This document shows positions 25,601 to 39,000 of a stretch of 64,000 nucleotides of DNA, piece by piece. Both the position numbers and the translations under genes were made by a program. Source of the DNA: Phoronis australis (lineage: Eukaryota > Animalia > Phoronida); assembly GCA_002633005.1 (NCBI GenBank), contig NMRA01000094.1, positions 460,597-524,596 on the forward strand. Reading direction: 5' to 3'. Under the pieces are notes generated by a model. The model ran no database searches. It had not been told where the DNA came from and saw only the letters and a program-made list of their open reading frames with translations. How positions within the stretch are numbered: the first letter of the stretch is position 1; each line of letters starts with the position of its first letter.

Positions 25601-27039
25601 ACTGATAGCAACGTGTGCTGCAAGATTCTACAAACTAGTACACACTGAACATACGGTGGCGCGTTCGTCGTCCTTGTAAAATCTTTTACGAAAATTAGTT
25701 CATAAACGACCCTCTCTGCTGGAAAATTCTCTTCGGTGTCCTGTTATAGCGTGTGTTTCTATCCCGTAAACATCAAAATGGCATCGTACAAGATGGCGGT
25801 GAAAGTCTGTTCATCAAGATATCCAAGCTGGTGGCTTTAGAAAGAAGTCGTAATTTTTGAAAACGGAGTTTGTGCGAATTACGGCGAAAATGACGAGACG
25901 GCTAATCCTTAAATTAGGAGTTGGACAGCAGTTCGTTTCCTTGTAACTCAGGACGTTTAAGTAAATATTGATCATGTCTGCTGTCATGACATGTTATTCC
26001 TTAAAAGGCAACATACACACCGCTGGTAGTTTATAACACTTCCTTCAACGTGTTAGAGACTAAAATAAAGTCGCTACATACAATTACAATGCACGAAGCT
26101 CCAGTTTGGAAATTAGAACTTATTGATCTTGTTTTCAATTTCAGTTTTATTAATCTTCGTTGTGCTGCCTTAGATTATAATTTCATTTTTGTTGTGTTGT
26201 ATCCTGTACCCAGCCAGGAGCTGAAGTGAAAACGTTGATATGCTTAATCCACACCGTTTATAATCAAGATTTACTGTACATCATGTTGTGTGGTAATTCA
26301 TGATACCGAATTACACTTGCTTACAGCAGCTTTTCTTGGTAATTCACCGAGAAAGGTGAAAACAGCGACGGAAACAGATCATTCATAACTGAAATTTGAA
26401 ATTTAAATTTGTTGCACATTTGAAGCAGACGAATAGGTTGAGCGGTAGATCAAAAATCGACTAGACTATAGAAAATGGAATTGTAAAAAACATTAAAACG
26501 AGTTTAATTTGTGTTATTTTTACATAAACACCATCTGTATGCAATTTAACCTGGAGTTATTTTTGGAAAATCTCAAACGCACGCTGATAATTTCAAACTG
26601 GGATTTAAGGTGAGGTGAGATTACAAATATTAATTTGCATTTATATGTGAGATGACAAACTGCAGAGAGTAGGCAAATTATTCAGAGATAAAACAATATT
26701 GCACTCTCAATGCGTCGTCCGTCGTAAATGCTGGCTTAACCAATCGTTCAAAACCAGTGCAACAATATTCAATAATACAGTGCACTTGACATTGTACTCT
26801 ATGACGCGCGACGTCTCTTTTGTTTGCTTGGTGTTGTTCATCGTCGCTGTCTGCAATTTGTCATGCACGGTGCTTTCGTAACAAGTATATACTTGGGCAA
26901 GCACTTGGCTGTTGGATGTTGCAGGATTTGGAACTAACATAAATTCATTTTGGGCCTTATGTAAGTATTTGGCAAGAAGTTTATGAACTAAGTTTAATTC
27001 CAGTATTGAACAGACAGGTTATCGTATCGGAATATTCAT

Positions 27040-27600
27040 GGTGGTGTTCTTATCACGGGCTGGGCATGTTAAGATTAAAAGTGTTCTGATCAGTGGCTGG
27101 ACATGTCGGATTAATAGTGTTCTGGTCGACGGGTGGGCTTGTTGAGGTTAATAGTGTTCTGGTCACGGGCTGGGCATGTTGATATTAACAATGTTGTGGT
27201 GACGGTCTGGACATGTTGGGATCAAGAATGTTCTGGTGTTGAGCTGGACATGTCGGGATCAAGAGTGTTCTGGTGACGGGCTGGCATATTGGGATTAAGA
27301 GTGTTCTGGTGACGGGATGAACATGTTGGGATTGCGAGTGTTATGGTGACGGACGGACATATTGGGATTAATAGTGTTCTGGTGACGGGCTGGGCATGGT
27401 GGGATTGAGAGTGTTCTGGTGATGGACAGGACATGTTGGGATTAAGGGTGATCTGGTGACCGGCTGGGCATGTTGGGATCAAGAGTGTTCTGATGACGGG
27501 CTGGACATGTTGGGATCAATAGTGTTCTGATGACGGGCTGGACATGTTGGGATCAAGAGTGTTCTGGTGACGGGCAGGGCATGTTGGGATTAATAGCGTT
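27040..27600. repeat. ~37-bp minisatellite, ~15 copies
   Basis: Consensus gtgttctggtgacgggctggacatgttgggattaaga. Confidence 0.92.
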
Positions 27601-29671
27601 GTTAATTTCCCAGTATTGATGCTGTTTTAAATGTCTATAGAGAAGGTATGTCATGTCGACGACAGTTCAGCGATTTTCAACAATGACTTGTCTGTGTAGT
27701 TGTCAAATCTCAGCAGCCTGTTGTTACTGCACGTACACAGTCTAAGTTTACTCCTTTGCTTTTACCGCGCTGCCACCGACATGCAAGCTGCTTGAACGTC
27801 ATGTTCTCTCGTAACATTCAACGTTCATTGAAAAACGATGCAGATTTATGGGGCTGCAAACGATTTTGATTGCCTTGTACAGAACAAACTGACAAGACCA
27901 TGGTTCGCGATATGAAAGCTGTCTTATAGGATGGAATACTCTCTCTCTCTCATTCTCAAACAATGTGTTTTAGAATATTAAACACGTGAAAGAGGGTATA
28001 TTTAACTAGAGTCACAACTGACTCTCTGTGGGTTCCTTAGTTAGATGCTCTCGAATTTTACGACATTCCCAATTCAGTCATTATGACCTAAATGTGTGTT
28101 TGCTAGCTGTCCTCTGCCTCGGGTAGCAACTATTTTCTTCCTCTGACCATGTCAGTGGGACAACTTCATTTCCTATGACTGGCTAGAAGAACCCTCAGAC
28201 ATTTGATATTTAAAAAGTCCCGACATTTTACGTTGCGCATTTTTGGAAAAACACATTTTATGCCCTTCTAATGTATCTTTGATAGGTTGCAAAGGAAATG
28301 TGAAAGGTGAGTTTGTCGCCATATAAAGAATAAAGCAACAGACGCTCTGTGACTAGCGAAGTCACGTGCCGAGGAGTGTTTTCAGGTGGGTAGTGCCTAC
28401 ATTCCTAAGCTATTTTCTGTTCAACTTAGATATATCTACCTTTAATAGAAATGTATAGCAAAAAATATCTGCCAAAATGCCTGCTGGCTTTTGTGTTGTC
28501 ATACAGTTGGTAGTTTCCATGGACAATGTTCACGTGCAGCACTTGTCGTGTTTTCCGGCAAGCTAGAATTAGCGGGGGCCTGATCTCAGATATTTCGTAG
28601 ATTTTGGAATAAGAACAAAGCCTTTTCCTCCGTTAATCAATCAAGATATTAGCTGACGTATTTACACAATCCCATTGACACCTTTTCACCATTTTACATT
28701 GAATTCCAACGACGCTCGCGTTGCTTTATGCGCAAAAATATCCGAGAAATTTTTCTGTGGCACATGCTTAAGACGCTTATTTACGTCACGTGACCATAGT
28801 CCACACTCCAATTGATCAATGGATTTGCTGGTCAGTTGAGGTTTTGACTATTTCAAGATGGCTGCCTCCATATTTGTAGCCAGTGCATACATTTTCAATC
28901 ACTAAATTCATCTGAGTACACGTTATTTCTTGCAATGAACACGGTCCGAACTCATTGGTTGTGTAAAGAATGACTTTCTTTAGACCATAACTGAGGAGAC
29001 TGATAAGCCTGATTTGCGTCCATCAGATCTGATAAAGTAATTGCATGTACTAGTCCGGTCGCCGGTTTCAGCTTCAAAAGTCAAGTTGTGAACGTAGGGC
29101 GAGCAAAGCAGCACATCATTAATGCTAACTTTTCCTCTTTCTGGACTCAATGCGAGCTACATCACTAAAGATTTCAAAATCGCTAAACTAACTGATGTGT
29201 TACTTTCAGTTTTGAACACATTAACAAGTTTGTGACTTAGTAACGGTCAAACTTTGTGCTGCTAAAGGGTCGTTACTGAAATGACCTTCATGATATATGC
29301 AAACTATTTTTTGAAATCCTGTCCCATCGTAATTATTATCAATCATTGCATTTACACTTTTATTGTAAACTTATGGAGCATGTTCATTTAGCAACATGTT
29401 GCACAAAAGCCTGTTAATCCTTTTCTTATATTGATATTAACATTTTCATAGTTAGCTTACCCGGATTTTGACAAATGGTATTGCCACAACTAGTCAACAA
29501 CTTCTGTAAAATACAAATTAGGCCAACTTGGCTAAATATTCCTGTCCAACTAAAACAAAAATCATTTTGACTTCAGTTTAAAGTAACCTTTTGTGTTATA
29601 TAAAGTCTGTTTAGTTGGCATATAAAGACAATCCAATTCGGACTCTTATAAAATTGCGGGTCCAGGGTGGA

Positions 29672-29810
29672 GTTCGGCAACGCTAGCACCTACGCTTGGA
29701 CCTCGTTAAAAAGCAAGACTTCGCGAGATTACGTTAGATATTGCGGTGTATTTTAAGTGGGAACACGTGGTTTTAGCTAGACTTTTCTAGCCGCGAGACA
29801 GCTACTGAAC
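29672..29810. mobile_element. ~140-bp MITE (family copy 1)
   Basis: Shares acctcg.taaaaagcaagacttcgcgagattacg...gtattttaa...cacgtg with 35874..36025 and 47192..47330. Confidence 0.7.
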
Positions 29811-30220
29811 TGTACCCTGTTGTCTCTGAAAATGACTCCTTGACGGTGGTGAACATGTTATCTAAACAATTTGTCATCAGCACATGATTGCGTGATGCCA
29901 TACTATTGACGGAACGGGGTTAACGTGAGTTGAACGGACAATGTGATCACTGAATGACTGTGCTCCCAGACTCTGCACTGTCCAGTGCATAGTGTATGAA
30001 CGTTCTCGTGTCGGGATGCATCAGATGTCGCTTTTACTCCTCAACAACCATCAACAGGAAACACAACCAGTAAGACCAGCTCTTTGGATACCAACCTTAC
30101 AATGTGACATTATAGCACACATCTTTGCTGACGTGTGTCCACCAGTACTAAACTAACGATATCATTTCCTCAGTGACATGTTTTTATTTTCATAAGGTGA
30201 TCTGATGACGGAGTCAGCTT

Positions 30221-30336
30221 TGTGAATAACGCAACCCGGTGCTGTGAATAACGTAACGCGGTGCTGTGAATAACGTAACGCGGTGCTGTGAATAACGTAA
30301 CGCGGTGCTGTGAATAACGCAACCCGGTGCTGTGAA
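30221..30336. repeat. 22-bp tandem repeat x5 plus a partial unit in the inferred 5' UTR, ending just before the synaptotagmin ATG
   Basis: tgtgaataacg(c/t)aac(c/g)cggtgc at 30221, 30243, 30265, 30287 and 30309; partial tgtgaa at 30331. Confidence 0.95.
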
Positions 30337-30337
30337 G

Positions 30338-30541
30338 ATGGTGTCTTCGGCGGTGGTGGTGGGAATAGCCACCGCCATGGGTGTCCTCTTCTTACTCGTT
30401 CTGATGATATTCCTTGCTCGTCTCTACTGTTGGTGGCGGCGTAAGAGGTCACGTGAGTCGGAGAAGTGCAAGAAAGAGTACCAGGATAACGGCGGCTACC
30501 ACTCAGTCAGTCAGTTGGATTTATCCATGCCACCTTCTCAG
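30338..30541 (+). CDS. Synaptotagmin-family protein, coding exon 1 (short luminal N-terminus, TM helix, Cys/basic juxtamembrane)
   Basis: MVSSAVVVGIATAMGVLFLLVLMIFLARLYCWWRRKRSR...MPPSQ. In-frame upstream TGA at 30311. Donor CAG|gtaagt (phase 0). Candidate acceptor ttttcataag| at 30196. Confidence 0.8.
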
Positions 30542-33199
30542 GTAAGTGGCATTGTTTCTGTTTCTGAGATACTGTCAACGTGTGCGACATAAGATTTGTT
30601 TAGAAAAAAAAATGAATATTTTTAGATACAAGACAGTCCGAGAACATTTATATATAAAAAATATCGTCTTTCTCATAAACAAACACCAAATTCAGTTTGT
30701 CGCTTTCAAGTTTTTTGGCGCATTTCAGTTAACGAACTTTTCTGTCCTGTAATCCTTGTGAAGTTAGGCATACAAGAGCTGTACCTCCAGGCCGATAAGA
30801 TAATGTGAAAATGTCCTTATTTGTAAGAAATATTCACCTCGATCCGTTCTTTGTTAAAGGAGTTAAAAAGATCGGTAACAAGCTTACTTACATCGTCCAT
30901 GGGAGTAATAGATAAAAGAAGAAATTATACAGAGAACTTCTTCACAAATTTGTTAATTCTCTGTTGACCCATGTTATTTCTTTGTCCAAAAGCAGTTGTT
31001 GCTCTACGACATTGACCAGCAATAAAACATTTGAATATGATCTTTCATGTCAAATAACAAATTATTTTATTTCAAAAAGTGTTGGTTTTGCGTTTAGTTC
31101 TTATTATTTGGGTGTTTGATAATAGCGCTCCACATCCAAATTTCACAATGACGTCATACTAAACAACAGGAAAACCCAAGTGTAGACATTAGGTGGCATT
31201 CAACAGTTTTTGCTTATTTTGGGCTTGGAAACGGTGTCTTGGCAGCTGTAACAATTTGTTTCTCTGCATTTTAGCCAGTGAAATTGCTCTCCACTAATGT
31301 GAACGTAGTATCAATCACTGTGACGGAAGACGGGTTTAATGATGCTTTGAGACAGAAAAGAGATTTAAATCAAGAGTACGACTTCTTTACTATATTCACA
31401 AACTGACTAGTAGCGAAAACGCCACTCATCAGAGTCGCTGTTGTTGGTGGTTTGAGTTACCCCAAAAATGCTGGCGTTTTCGTTAACACTTCTGTAGACA
31501 GGTAGCTTACTTCAACTGACTCAACTAAAGTGCAATAAAAAGAGTCTTTTTTATCTTCGTATGGGTTACGTTATGTCAGAGAAAAAAGTGTTTTGTCCTC
31601 TCATTACTTAAAGCGAGTTGGGTAGTGTGGAAACAGCCTAATCGCTGTTTAGCTGAAGCGCTAGCGTTTTTGCTTGCGTTATAGCCAAACTAGTGAAACT
31701 CCAAGCGTAATCGCCACTCAAATGATCCTAGTGTATCTGACAGTCGAAGGCTGGTCTATGGTCGCTTTAAATATACATATCAAGAGAACTGGGAATTTAA
31801 TTAATACCGTTTCACCATTGAATGGTTTTCTACATGGACCCAATTTTTGAACGTATCCAGAAGAAGCCCTTGAAAGTGTTACGGCGTTTGGAACGGGTGT
31901 CGCGGGCGTCCTTGTTATTCAATCGTTGGCACAGGACTGTGCACGTGTCTGAAATTATCTTTGTATATAGGCCTAAACGGCATTTATGATTTGAATCATT
32001 TATTCCGATAAAACAGCAGCCTTCACCTTTTGCCAGTGCTGGCGTGCGTTCAGTCACGCTAGGACCTATTTTGGTTTTATTAAAGTTAAGGTCCGCTGTC
32101 GATTATTTTATCTCCGTTTGCAGGCGGGTATCAGAGACTGCTCTAGTCGCATAGCCGGCGCTCTTAAGCCTGGATTCAAGAATGAATTGTACTTCCGGTT
32201 TCGCGGTTAGTTCAAAATTGCGTTGTTCTTCAGGTCAGAATCACGAGTTTATTTAAACTTTCTTCAACTACGAATTGTGTATTGGTTATGGAATAGGTAC
32301 TGCTTGGGGCCTTATAACGTCTTCTAACATTTCAATAAGGGTTAAAAACGTGTTCTACTAGGACTTTAATTTGAGTCCCATATAGTAAAACGTGGAATGC
32401 GAATACTGACAAAAGGATCATCCCAGCGAAACTGTTTGATAACATTGAGTTAAACATTTTTGGATTAACAAAAGTGAAACTAGAAATCTTCTAAATCAGG
32501 ACTGAACGTATGGCCTCGCCTTGAAATGCTTCGTAAATAATACTCTTGTAAAGTGGGTCTCACGTAGGCCTAGTTTGGGAATTTCATTACATGACTAAAT
32601 TGGGGATTTTTTTATCCAAGCGCAATTAATAGAAGTATGCATTAGACTGCCAATGTTTGCTGGAGTTTTACAAGGTTACAGTTTCGAAGTGTGCCTGCAC
32701 TGGTCTACGCAGTATTAGCTGTGGTAGATTTGAGACCATAATTGATATGTATTTTCGATTCCTTCAAAGAGTCGTCAACACGCGCATTTATTGATTTGAA
32801 GCGTGAAGGACACGACTTACAAGAGTCGCTATTTTCAAGGATGTTGTTTACGGTACTGACACATTTCTTTATCAACGCACTACCCCTCTCTAGAAAGAAC
32901 GCATCTTAATGATTTTATTGCAGTCCTTTCATATTGAATGATAGCCTGGAAATTTGTCCACGCCTGTATCAAGGAGTATTCTGGCAAATTAGCATGGCTG
33001 ATTGATTACCAGTTACCCAGGCCATTAACCAGGAAATCGGCGATATCAGTTGTAGTTACGTCTTCTATCAGCAGTTGTTTACAATCGCTCTGCAAATGTT
33101 GAGTTAGGATTCACGTAGATACAAAGGCATGTTGTGGTGGTCTCAACCCCTCTTCTATTTAATCGGTACTAAAGTCTCCTGAACCTGGATTTGCAACCT

Positions 33200-33917
33200 T
33201 GGCACTGTGTGAATGAGTGTGACGGGCAGTCATGGTGTGAATGCGAGTGACGGGTAGTCCACCTCGTGGCACGGTGTGAATGGGTGTGACGGACAGTCCA
33301 TCTCATGGCACGGTGTGAATAAGTGTGACGGACAGTCCATCTCATGGCATGGTGTGAACGAGTCTGTGACGGGCAGTCCACCTCATGCCACGGTGTGAAT
33401 GTGACGGACCGTCCACCTCATGGCACGGTGTGAATAAGTGTGACGGACAGTCCATCTCATGGCATGGTGTGAATGTGACGGACCGTCCACCTCATGGCAC
33501 GGTGTGAATAAGTGTGACGGACAGTCCATCTCATGGCATGGTCTGAACGAGTCACGGGAAGTCCACCTCATGGCATGGTGCGAATGGGACGGACCGTCCA
33601 TCTCATGCCACGATGTGAATGGGACGGACCGTCCATCTCATGCCACGGTGTGAATGGGACGGACCGTCCATCTCATGGCACGGTGTGAATAAGTGTGACG
33701 GGCAGTCCACCTCATGACATGGTGTAAATGAGTGAGACGGACAGTCCACATGGCACGGTGTGAATGTGACGGACTGTCCACCTCATGGCACGGTGTGAAT
33801 GAGTGTGACAGGAAATCCATCTCACGCCATGGTGTGAACGAGTACTGTGACGGATGAGTGCACCTCATGGCATGGTGTGAATGAGTGTCTGTGGCTGCCG
33901 GGCAATCCATCTCATGG
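33200..33917. repeat. ~39-bp minisatellite, ~18 copies, intronic
   Basis: Consensus ggtgtgaatgagtgtgacggacagtccatctcatggcac. Confidence 0.92.
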
Positions 33918-33960
33918 AAGGACTTGGACAGTACGTGTTTTCACGTTTTCATGATTACAG

Positions 33961-34174
33961 ATTTCCAGCTCAGTGGCGCCTGTTCAGCCGAGGCACTCTG
34001 TAGCCACGATCCAAAAGAGGTGTAATTCTGTAGGCGCGCGATCCACGTGTTCGCAGGCCTCCACAGGTTCGGTGACGACTATGACGGACGTGGACAACGT
34101 CAGCATTAACAGCATCGTTAGCTCGAAGACAGAAGGCAGCATCGACATGAGTCCTGGACATGATCAGCATATTG
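33961..34174 (+). CDS. Synaptotagmin-family protein, coding exon 2 (Ser/Thr-rich linker)
   Basis: Acceptor ttacag|ATT (phase 0); ISSSVAPVQPRH...GHDQHI; donor G|gtaagt (phase 1). Phases match both neighbouring exons. Confidence 0.75.
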
Positions 34175-34986
34175 GTAAGTTTGTAGGAACTTGGGGTGAT
34201 TACCGGCGAATGGCCAATTGCAAGCCAAAAGTGCATTTTCTACCTTCTTTATACGGCCTAAAATTAGAAGTCATGAAATACAATAAGTAACTCTGACACA
34301 ATATTTCTTGATATGATAGAAATTGTTTCTACAGAGGAAATGAGACGTCAGCTGTAATTGATATTAAACACCTTACACCTGGAGGGGCTGGCCATTCTAC
34401 TTATCGTTTGCTAGTCACTCTGTGCTATATATCCGGGGATGGAAAGCATTTTCTGGTAATAAGTCTCAGAGTTCTGCATATTGAGAACCAGATTTCTCCA
34501 TTGAATAACGAGCACAAGCTGGTTCTCAACATCTGGAACTCCTGTAAGTGACTCTTGGTGATTGTTGTCCATTTTCTATTATCTTCCATGTATGGAGATT
34601 GTCGCGTCATATTTTGTGTGTTAAAAGTGCGTCGCATCATGGGCACAGTTTTTTTTTGAGAGCAATACCGTGATAACGTCCCATCTCGAATTTGAATAGC
34701 TCTTGTCATATGTGCTCTGTGTTTTTTTCTATGCTGGTAACGTTGTCCTCGTCCACAAGGTTCGCTAGATATCTTACATATAACATAATTCTACATTTTA
34801 TTCCTAATCTGACTCTCTATATATGTATCTGTACGGCATTGTCTGAAATCAAACAAAGATAATCGTCACCAGTGCCCTGCGAACCCCGGCCACAAAATAC
34901 CGTAGTAAAAAGAGAACAGTAAATATTGTATCCAACAATCTTTGTCATGTTTTGCCATCTTAAACTATTTTGTGTTTTCAAGAGTT

Positions 34987-35206
34987 ATCAACCCTGTCAT
35001 TCCTGGGGTGGCATAGCGTTCTTCCTAGCCCTCCAACCTGACTCATTCATCAACCTGTCACTCCTGGGGTCGCGTAGCGTATTTCCTAGCCCTCTAACCT
35101 GACTCATTCATCAACCCTGTCACTCCTGGGGTCGCGTAGCGTATTTCCTAGCCCTCTAACATGATTCATTAATCATCCCTGTCAGTCCCTAGGGTCGCAT
35201 ATAGCG
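34987..35206. repeat. ~62-bp tandem repeat x3.5
   Basis: atcaaccctgtcactcctggggtcgcgtagcg...gactcattc at 34987, 35049, 35110 and 35172. Confidence 0.88.
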
Positions 35207-35297
35207 AAGATTCTAGTGGCATAGTTGGATATGACCCATTTCTAAACAACTAGTGAAGTTCTACAGGCAAACAATCTTTCAACTGATACGGGAAAGC

Positions 35298-35373
35298 CAC
35301 CATGTGCTGACGTCATACCACACGAGTTGTACAAAGGCACCACGTGCTGACGTCATACCACACGAGTTGTACA
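35298..35373. repeat. 40-bp direct duplication, each unit with an E-box-like CA(C/T)GTG and a perfect CRE (TGACGTCA)
   Basis: cacca(t/c)gtgcTGACGTCAtaccacacgagttgtaca twice. Function untested. Confidence 0.85.
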
Positions 35374-35873
35374 CATTTTGTGGTTTTATTGTAACTGATC
35401 TGCTTCCGAAATTATTTCATTAGCTTCCAAAACAGTTTCCATTAAGTGAACTGAAATGCTTGGTCTAAACTTTTCTGATTTCTTTGGTTTTGTCCTGAAG
35501 CCGTTTCCATTCCTACTACAGCACCAAAATGGCCGCAGTAAGGGCCTTGACTTAATCCTATATCACAAATGGAAGAGTGTTTAAAGCATTTTTAAAGCGC
35601 CTAGTCAACATTTCCGTAGACCTCTCACTGCCATGAAAATGGGCTTAGAAATGTTCCAAAACAGGCGTGGACTTCAGGGGTTCATAAGAACTGATGGTTA
35701 TTGGTTGAGACCAGGGTCTACAGTTTAACTTGTCACGGCGTGTCATTTTATGCGCTGAGTGTAGTCTCATGCAATAATGAACTGCACGTGCTTTGCACAT
35801 CCAGAAATCACTTTTCAAATGAGTAAGGAACAAGTTGAATCATTAGCGGAAATCAAAAGTTGGGCGGAAATCG

Positions 35874-36025
35874 GCCTCCCGTTCAGTAACGCTAGGACCT
35901 CGCTAAAAAGCAAGACTTCGCGAGATTACGTGAGATATGGCCGTGTATTTTAAATGAGAGCACGTGACTTCGGCTAAGTTTTAGCTAGGTCCTAGCGTAG
36001 GTCCTAGCGTCTACTGAACGCACGC
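35874..36025. mobile_element. ~150-bp MITE (family copy 2)
   Basis: TIR cgttcagtaacgctaggacc ... ggtcctagcgt(c)tactgaacg. Confidence 0.75.
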
Positions 36026-39000
36026 GGGGTTTATATCCATTTTAGCTGGTGATCGGCCTCGATTTCATCAAATAGCTGGCGGACAACGACGAGAAATGGC
36101 GATTTGTAATAAAACCGAATGAAACAGAAACAACGGACTTTGTTGTTTTATATTGTGCAAGGCTAAAAAGTTAACCAACAATTCCAAACAAAACTGCGTT
36201 TTTCGGCCGAAAACACGATTATGCCTGTTAAAGAAATGTTTTAACAGTTTGAGAACGCTAATATGACGAGCACACGGCGTGCAAAGTACGTTGAGAGGAA
36301 AACGTTGTGTCTGATTGAATAGAGGTTATATATTGATAATCGATAACAGAGTTTGCATCTGATAGTAGTCCGTATCGTACTAGAATACTTGAAGCGCTAC
36401 GTTGTCTTGGCAACTTAAACAAGATTCGGCAATGGGGACGATCCCTCAACCATGCAGAAGCGTTTTAAGCGAACTCTTTGGCCGTAAAAATGTATGAACC
36501 CTGTCAGTATTGAAGACGTTGTCTGTACGGTAACAAACAAACAATTTGGTTTACTCAATATCGTCTTAAACACGAATTCACGGTTTCGTCCACTATCTTG
36601 AATATACAATTACATAATCAAATCGACTCACGTGCGTTCCCCACGTAAGTGGATGGGAAAACAAGACACGTTAAAACAAATACATGTTTAAGGAAATCTA
36701 CTAGAATGTCAAAAAGTTGCAACTGTGACATTTCCCAAAATGTTCGAGATTGTCACATGTTTTTTTCTGACAACTGCGCACCTTAAAATGTCGTGATGAC
36801 CGTAAAATCCGGTAATTTGCAAAGTTTGGCATTTTTTACGAAGTCCTATGTTGTGTCAGTATTGCCCTCGATACAAAGAAAAAAACATGCCGTTAAATTA
36901 TTACACTTGTAATCGAACAATCACCCCGCTATCGGCTAAGCAGTAAAGCCGAGATCCAAGGGATAAAAATTAACTTCATGAATAATGTGAACGTTTCTGT
37001 ATCCAGGCACACCATCTGAAGTATACACGTACACGTGTACTGTTGACGTAAATTGATTATCAAATGCCGTTTTCACTATTTACTAGTTCTTTTAGAGAAA
37101 ACTGTATTTTATTGTCAGGTCAACGGCAAGAATTGGAGAAAACGCAACGAATTTTATTTTTTATAAAAGTTCATAACTTCAAGAAGTATATCGAATCTAA
37201 AAATAATTCAAACCGTTAATGGCCGCCCTTACACTCAACATTTGGATTTTGTTTTTGCTGTGGGTGGCGCTGAACTCAGTGCTAAAATTGAGATCTGTAC
37301 TTAACACACTCCCGCCACCGGTCAACAAATTAATGCAAAGTGGTCTTGGTTGTCAATTGTTTTTGATGATTTATGCTGAAACCAAACACACTTAAAATAT
37401 CATCAATTTCAATTGTTCTGTGAACTGACACTTTCAGGAAGCCATATTTGAGCAATGGAAGGAGGCTATTTTTGGCCTTGTTGCAAATTAAAGTGGCCGG
37501 CCGTAGATTATGATAGAACAAATCACTTTTCGAATAGGACTTTTATAATTAATGTTAAACTCAAAAATTGCATGAAACGAAACCTGTAACAGCGTTATTT
37601 AAAATCCAAATCTGAACATTTATATCATGTTATTTATGCTGTTGTTTTGCTCTGAATGTACATTGTACCGTTCTTTTTTGCTAAATTTTCTAAGAACATG
37701 GTCTCGTCACCCGATTAATGGCAGATTGTTAAAAAGTAAAAAAGTTCTGCTGCCTTACTTTTAGTGACTGTAGATATTTGGCTAAGTACTTGGACTAGGT
37801 CATTAACACCAAGAATGTTGTTAACTTGTTAGGGTTCTTTGTCCCAGAAAGTTCTTTATTTTAAAACCCAATATTTCGCATGAATTTCACGCATACTTGT
37901 GAAAATGTAAAATTTGAAGGAAACACGTCAGTGCGTATGTTCACACCACTGCCTGGAGAGCGTTCAGTAACGCTAGTGTCTGGTTAGAAAAATAACATCT
38001 CGCGAGATTCTGCACTATATCGCCTTGTATTTTCTTGCAATGGGACAGTTATTGAGCTCTATCCTCATCTTCACAACGATTTTTAGAGTAGACGCCGTGA
38101 CATATTTCCTAGGAAGTTTCACACGAGCCATCAGTGTGTATTCTTGTTACTATACATGTACAGCATTCAATTCTCTCGAGCAAAGAATTACATCTTTTCA
38201 TCATGCTGTTATTATTGAACAATGAAAGGTCCTAGAGAACATGCAAACATAAGCGCTTGAGTATTCAGGGTTATCGTTAAAACAATCTATTTGAGCCTCA
38301 TCAATAGTGATATTGTATTTAAAGTAGACTCAATTCCCCTGGTTTTTGCATGGGTACCGAGTCAAGTGTTAGTGAGATGATGTATTGATAAAAATGACAA
38401 CAGATGAACTTTGTTGACTGAAAAGAGCAGCCGCCTGTAGGAGGTAAAGTTGTTGTAATTATTACTGAAAAATTTGTTTTTTGCCTCCTCTAAATTGCGA
38501 GAGTAAATAATGAACATAATTTACCGCAGTGAATTACTGACGTTAAATTGCTACCGAAAATTACCCACGGCCATGAGAAGCGTTAAGGTTCATCAAAGCT
38601 CACGTGACCTATCGAACATTCTCTCACGATTATCCTGAAAGTGTCCAAAATTTGCCAGCGTAGTTTCGGGCAGCACATTCCCCACAACGATTGCTCAGTC
38701 TGTGATCCTCAAGACCACGTAGTTCGTCCAAGGAGTGTAGTACATTAGAGAGTTCACTTTTGAGTTCCCTGTTATCGCTGCTACTAGCGCCGCCATGTAG
38801 CGAATAAGTAAGGGTCAAATACGAAGCGCGATAGCAATGGCGAAGGGCGGCTTTTGCAGCGCAATAAATTGCACATATTCATCATGTTTCCTGTGAATCC
38901 CGAAAAGCAATGATTATTTGTTATTCAATAATATGATAAATTGTCTTTCATTTTGTGTGTCAAAATGTAAACATGTAAATAACCCGAACCACTCAGGGAT

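Noticed and set aside
21215-26970. Donor-like sites (cag|gtaagt ~21225, gg|gtaaga 23513, at|gtaagt ~26960) as upstream non-coding synaptotagmin exons
   Set aside because: An upstream exon is likely, but none can be chosen without transcript data.
34468-34543. Small imperfect hairpin (ttgagaaccag ... ctggttctcaa) as a pre-miRNA
   Set aside because: Large loop and interrupted stem with no supporting evidence; more likely a MITE remnant or chance.
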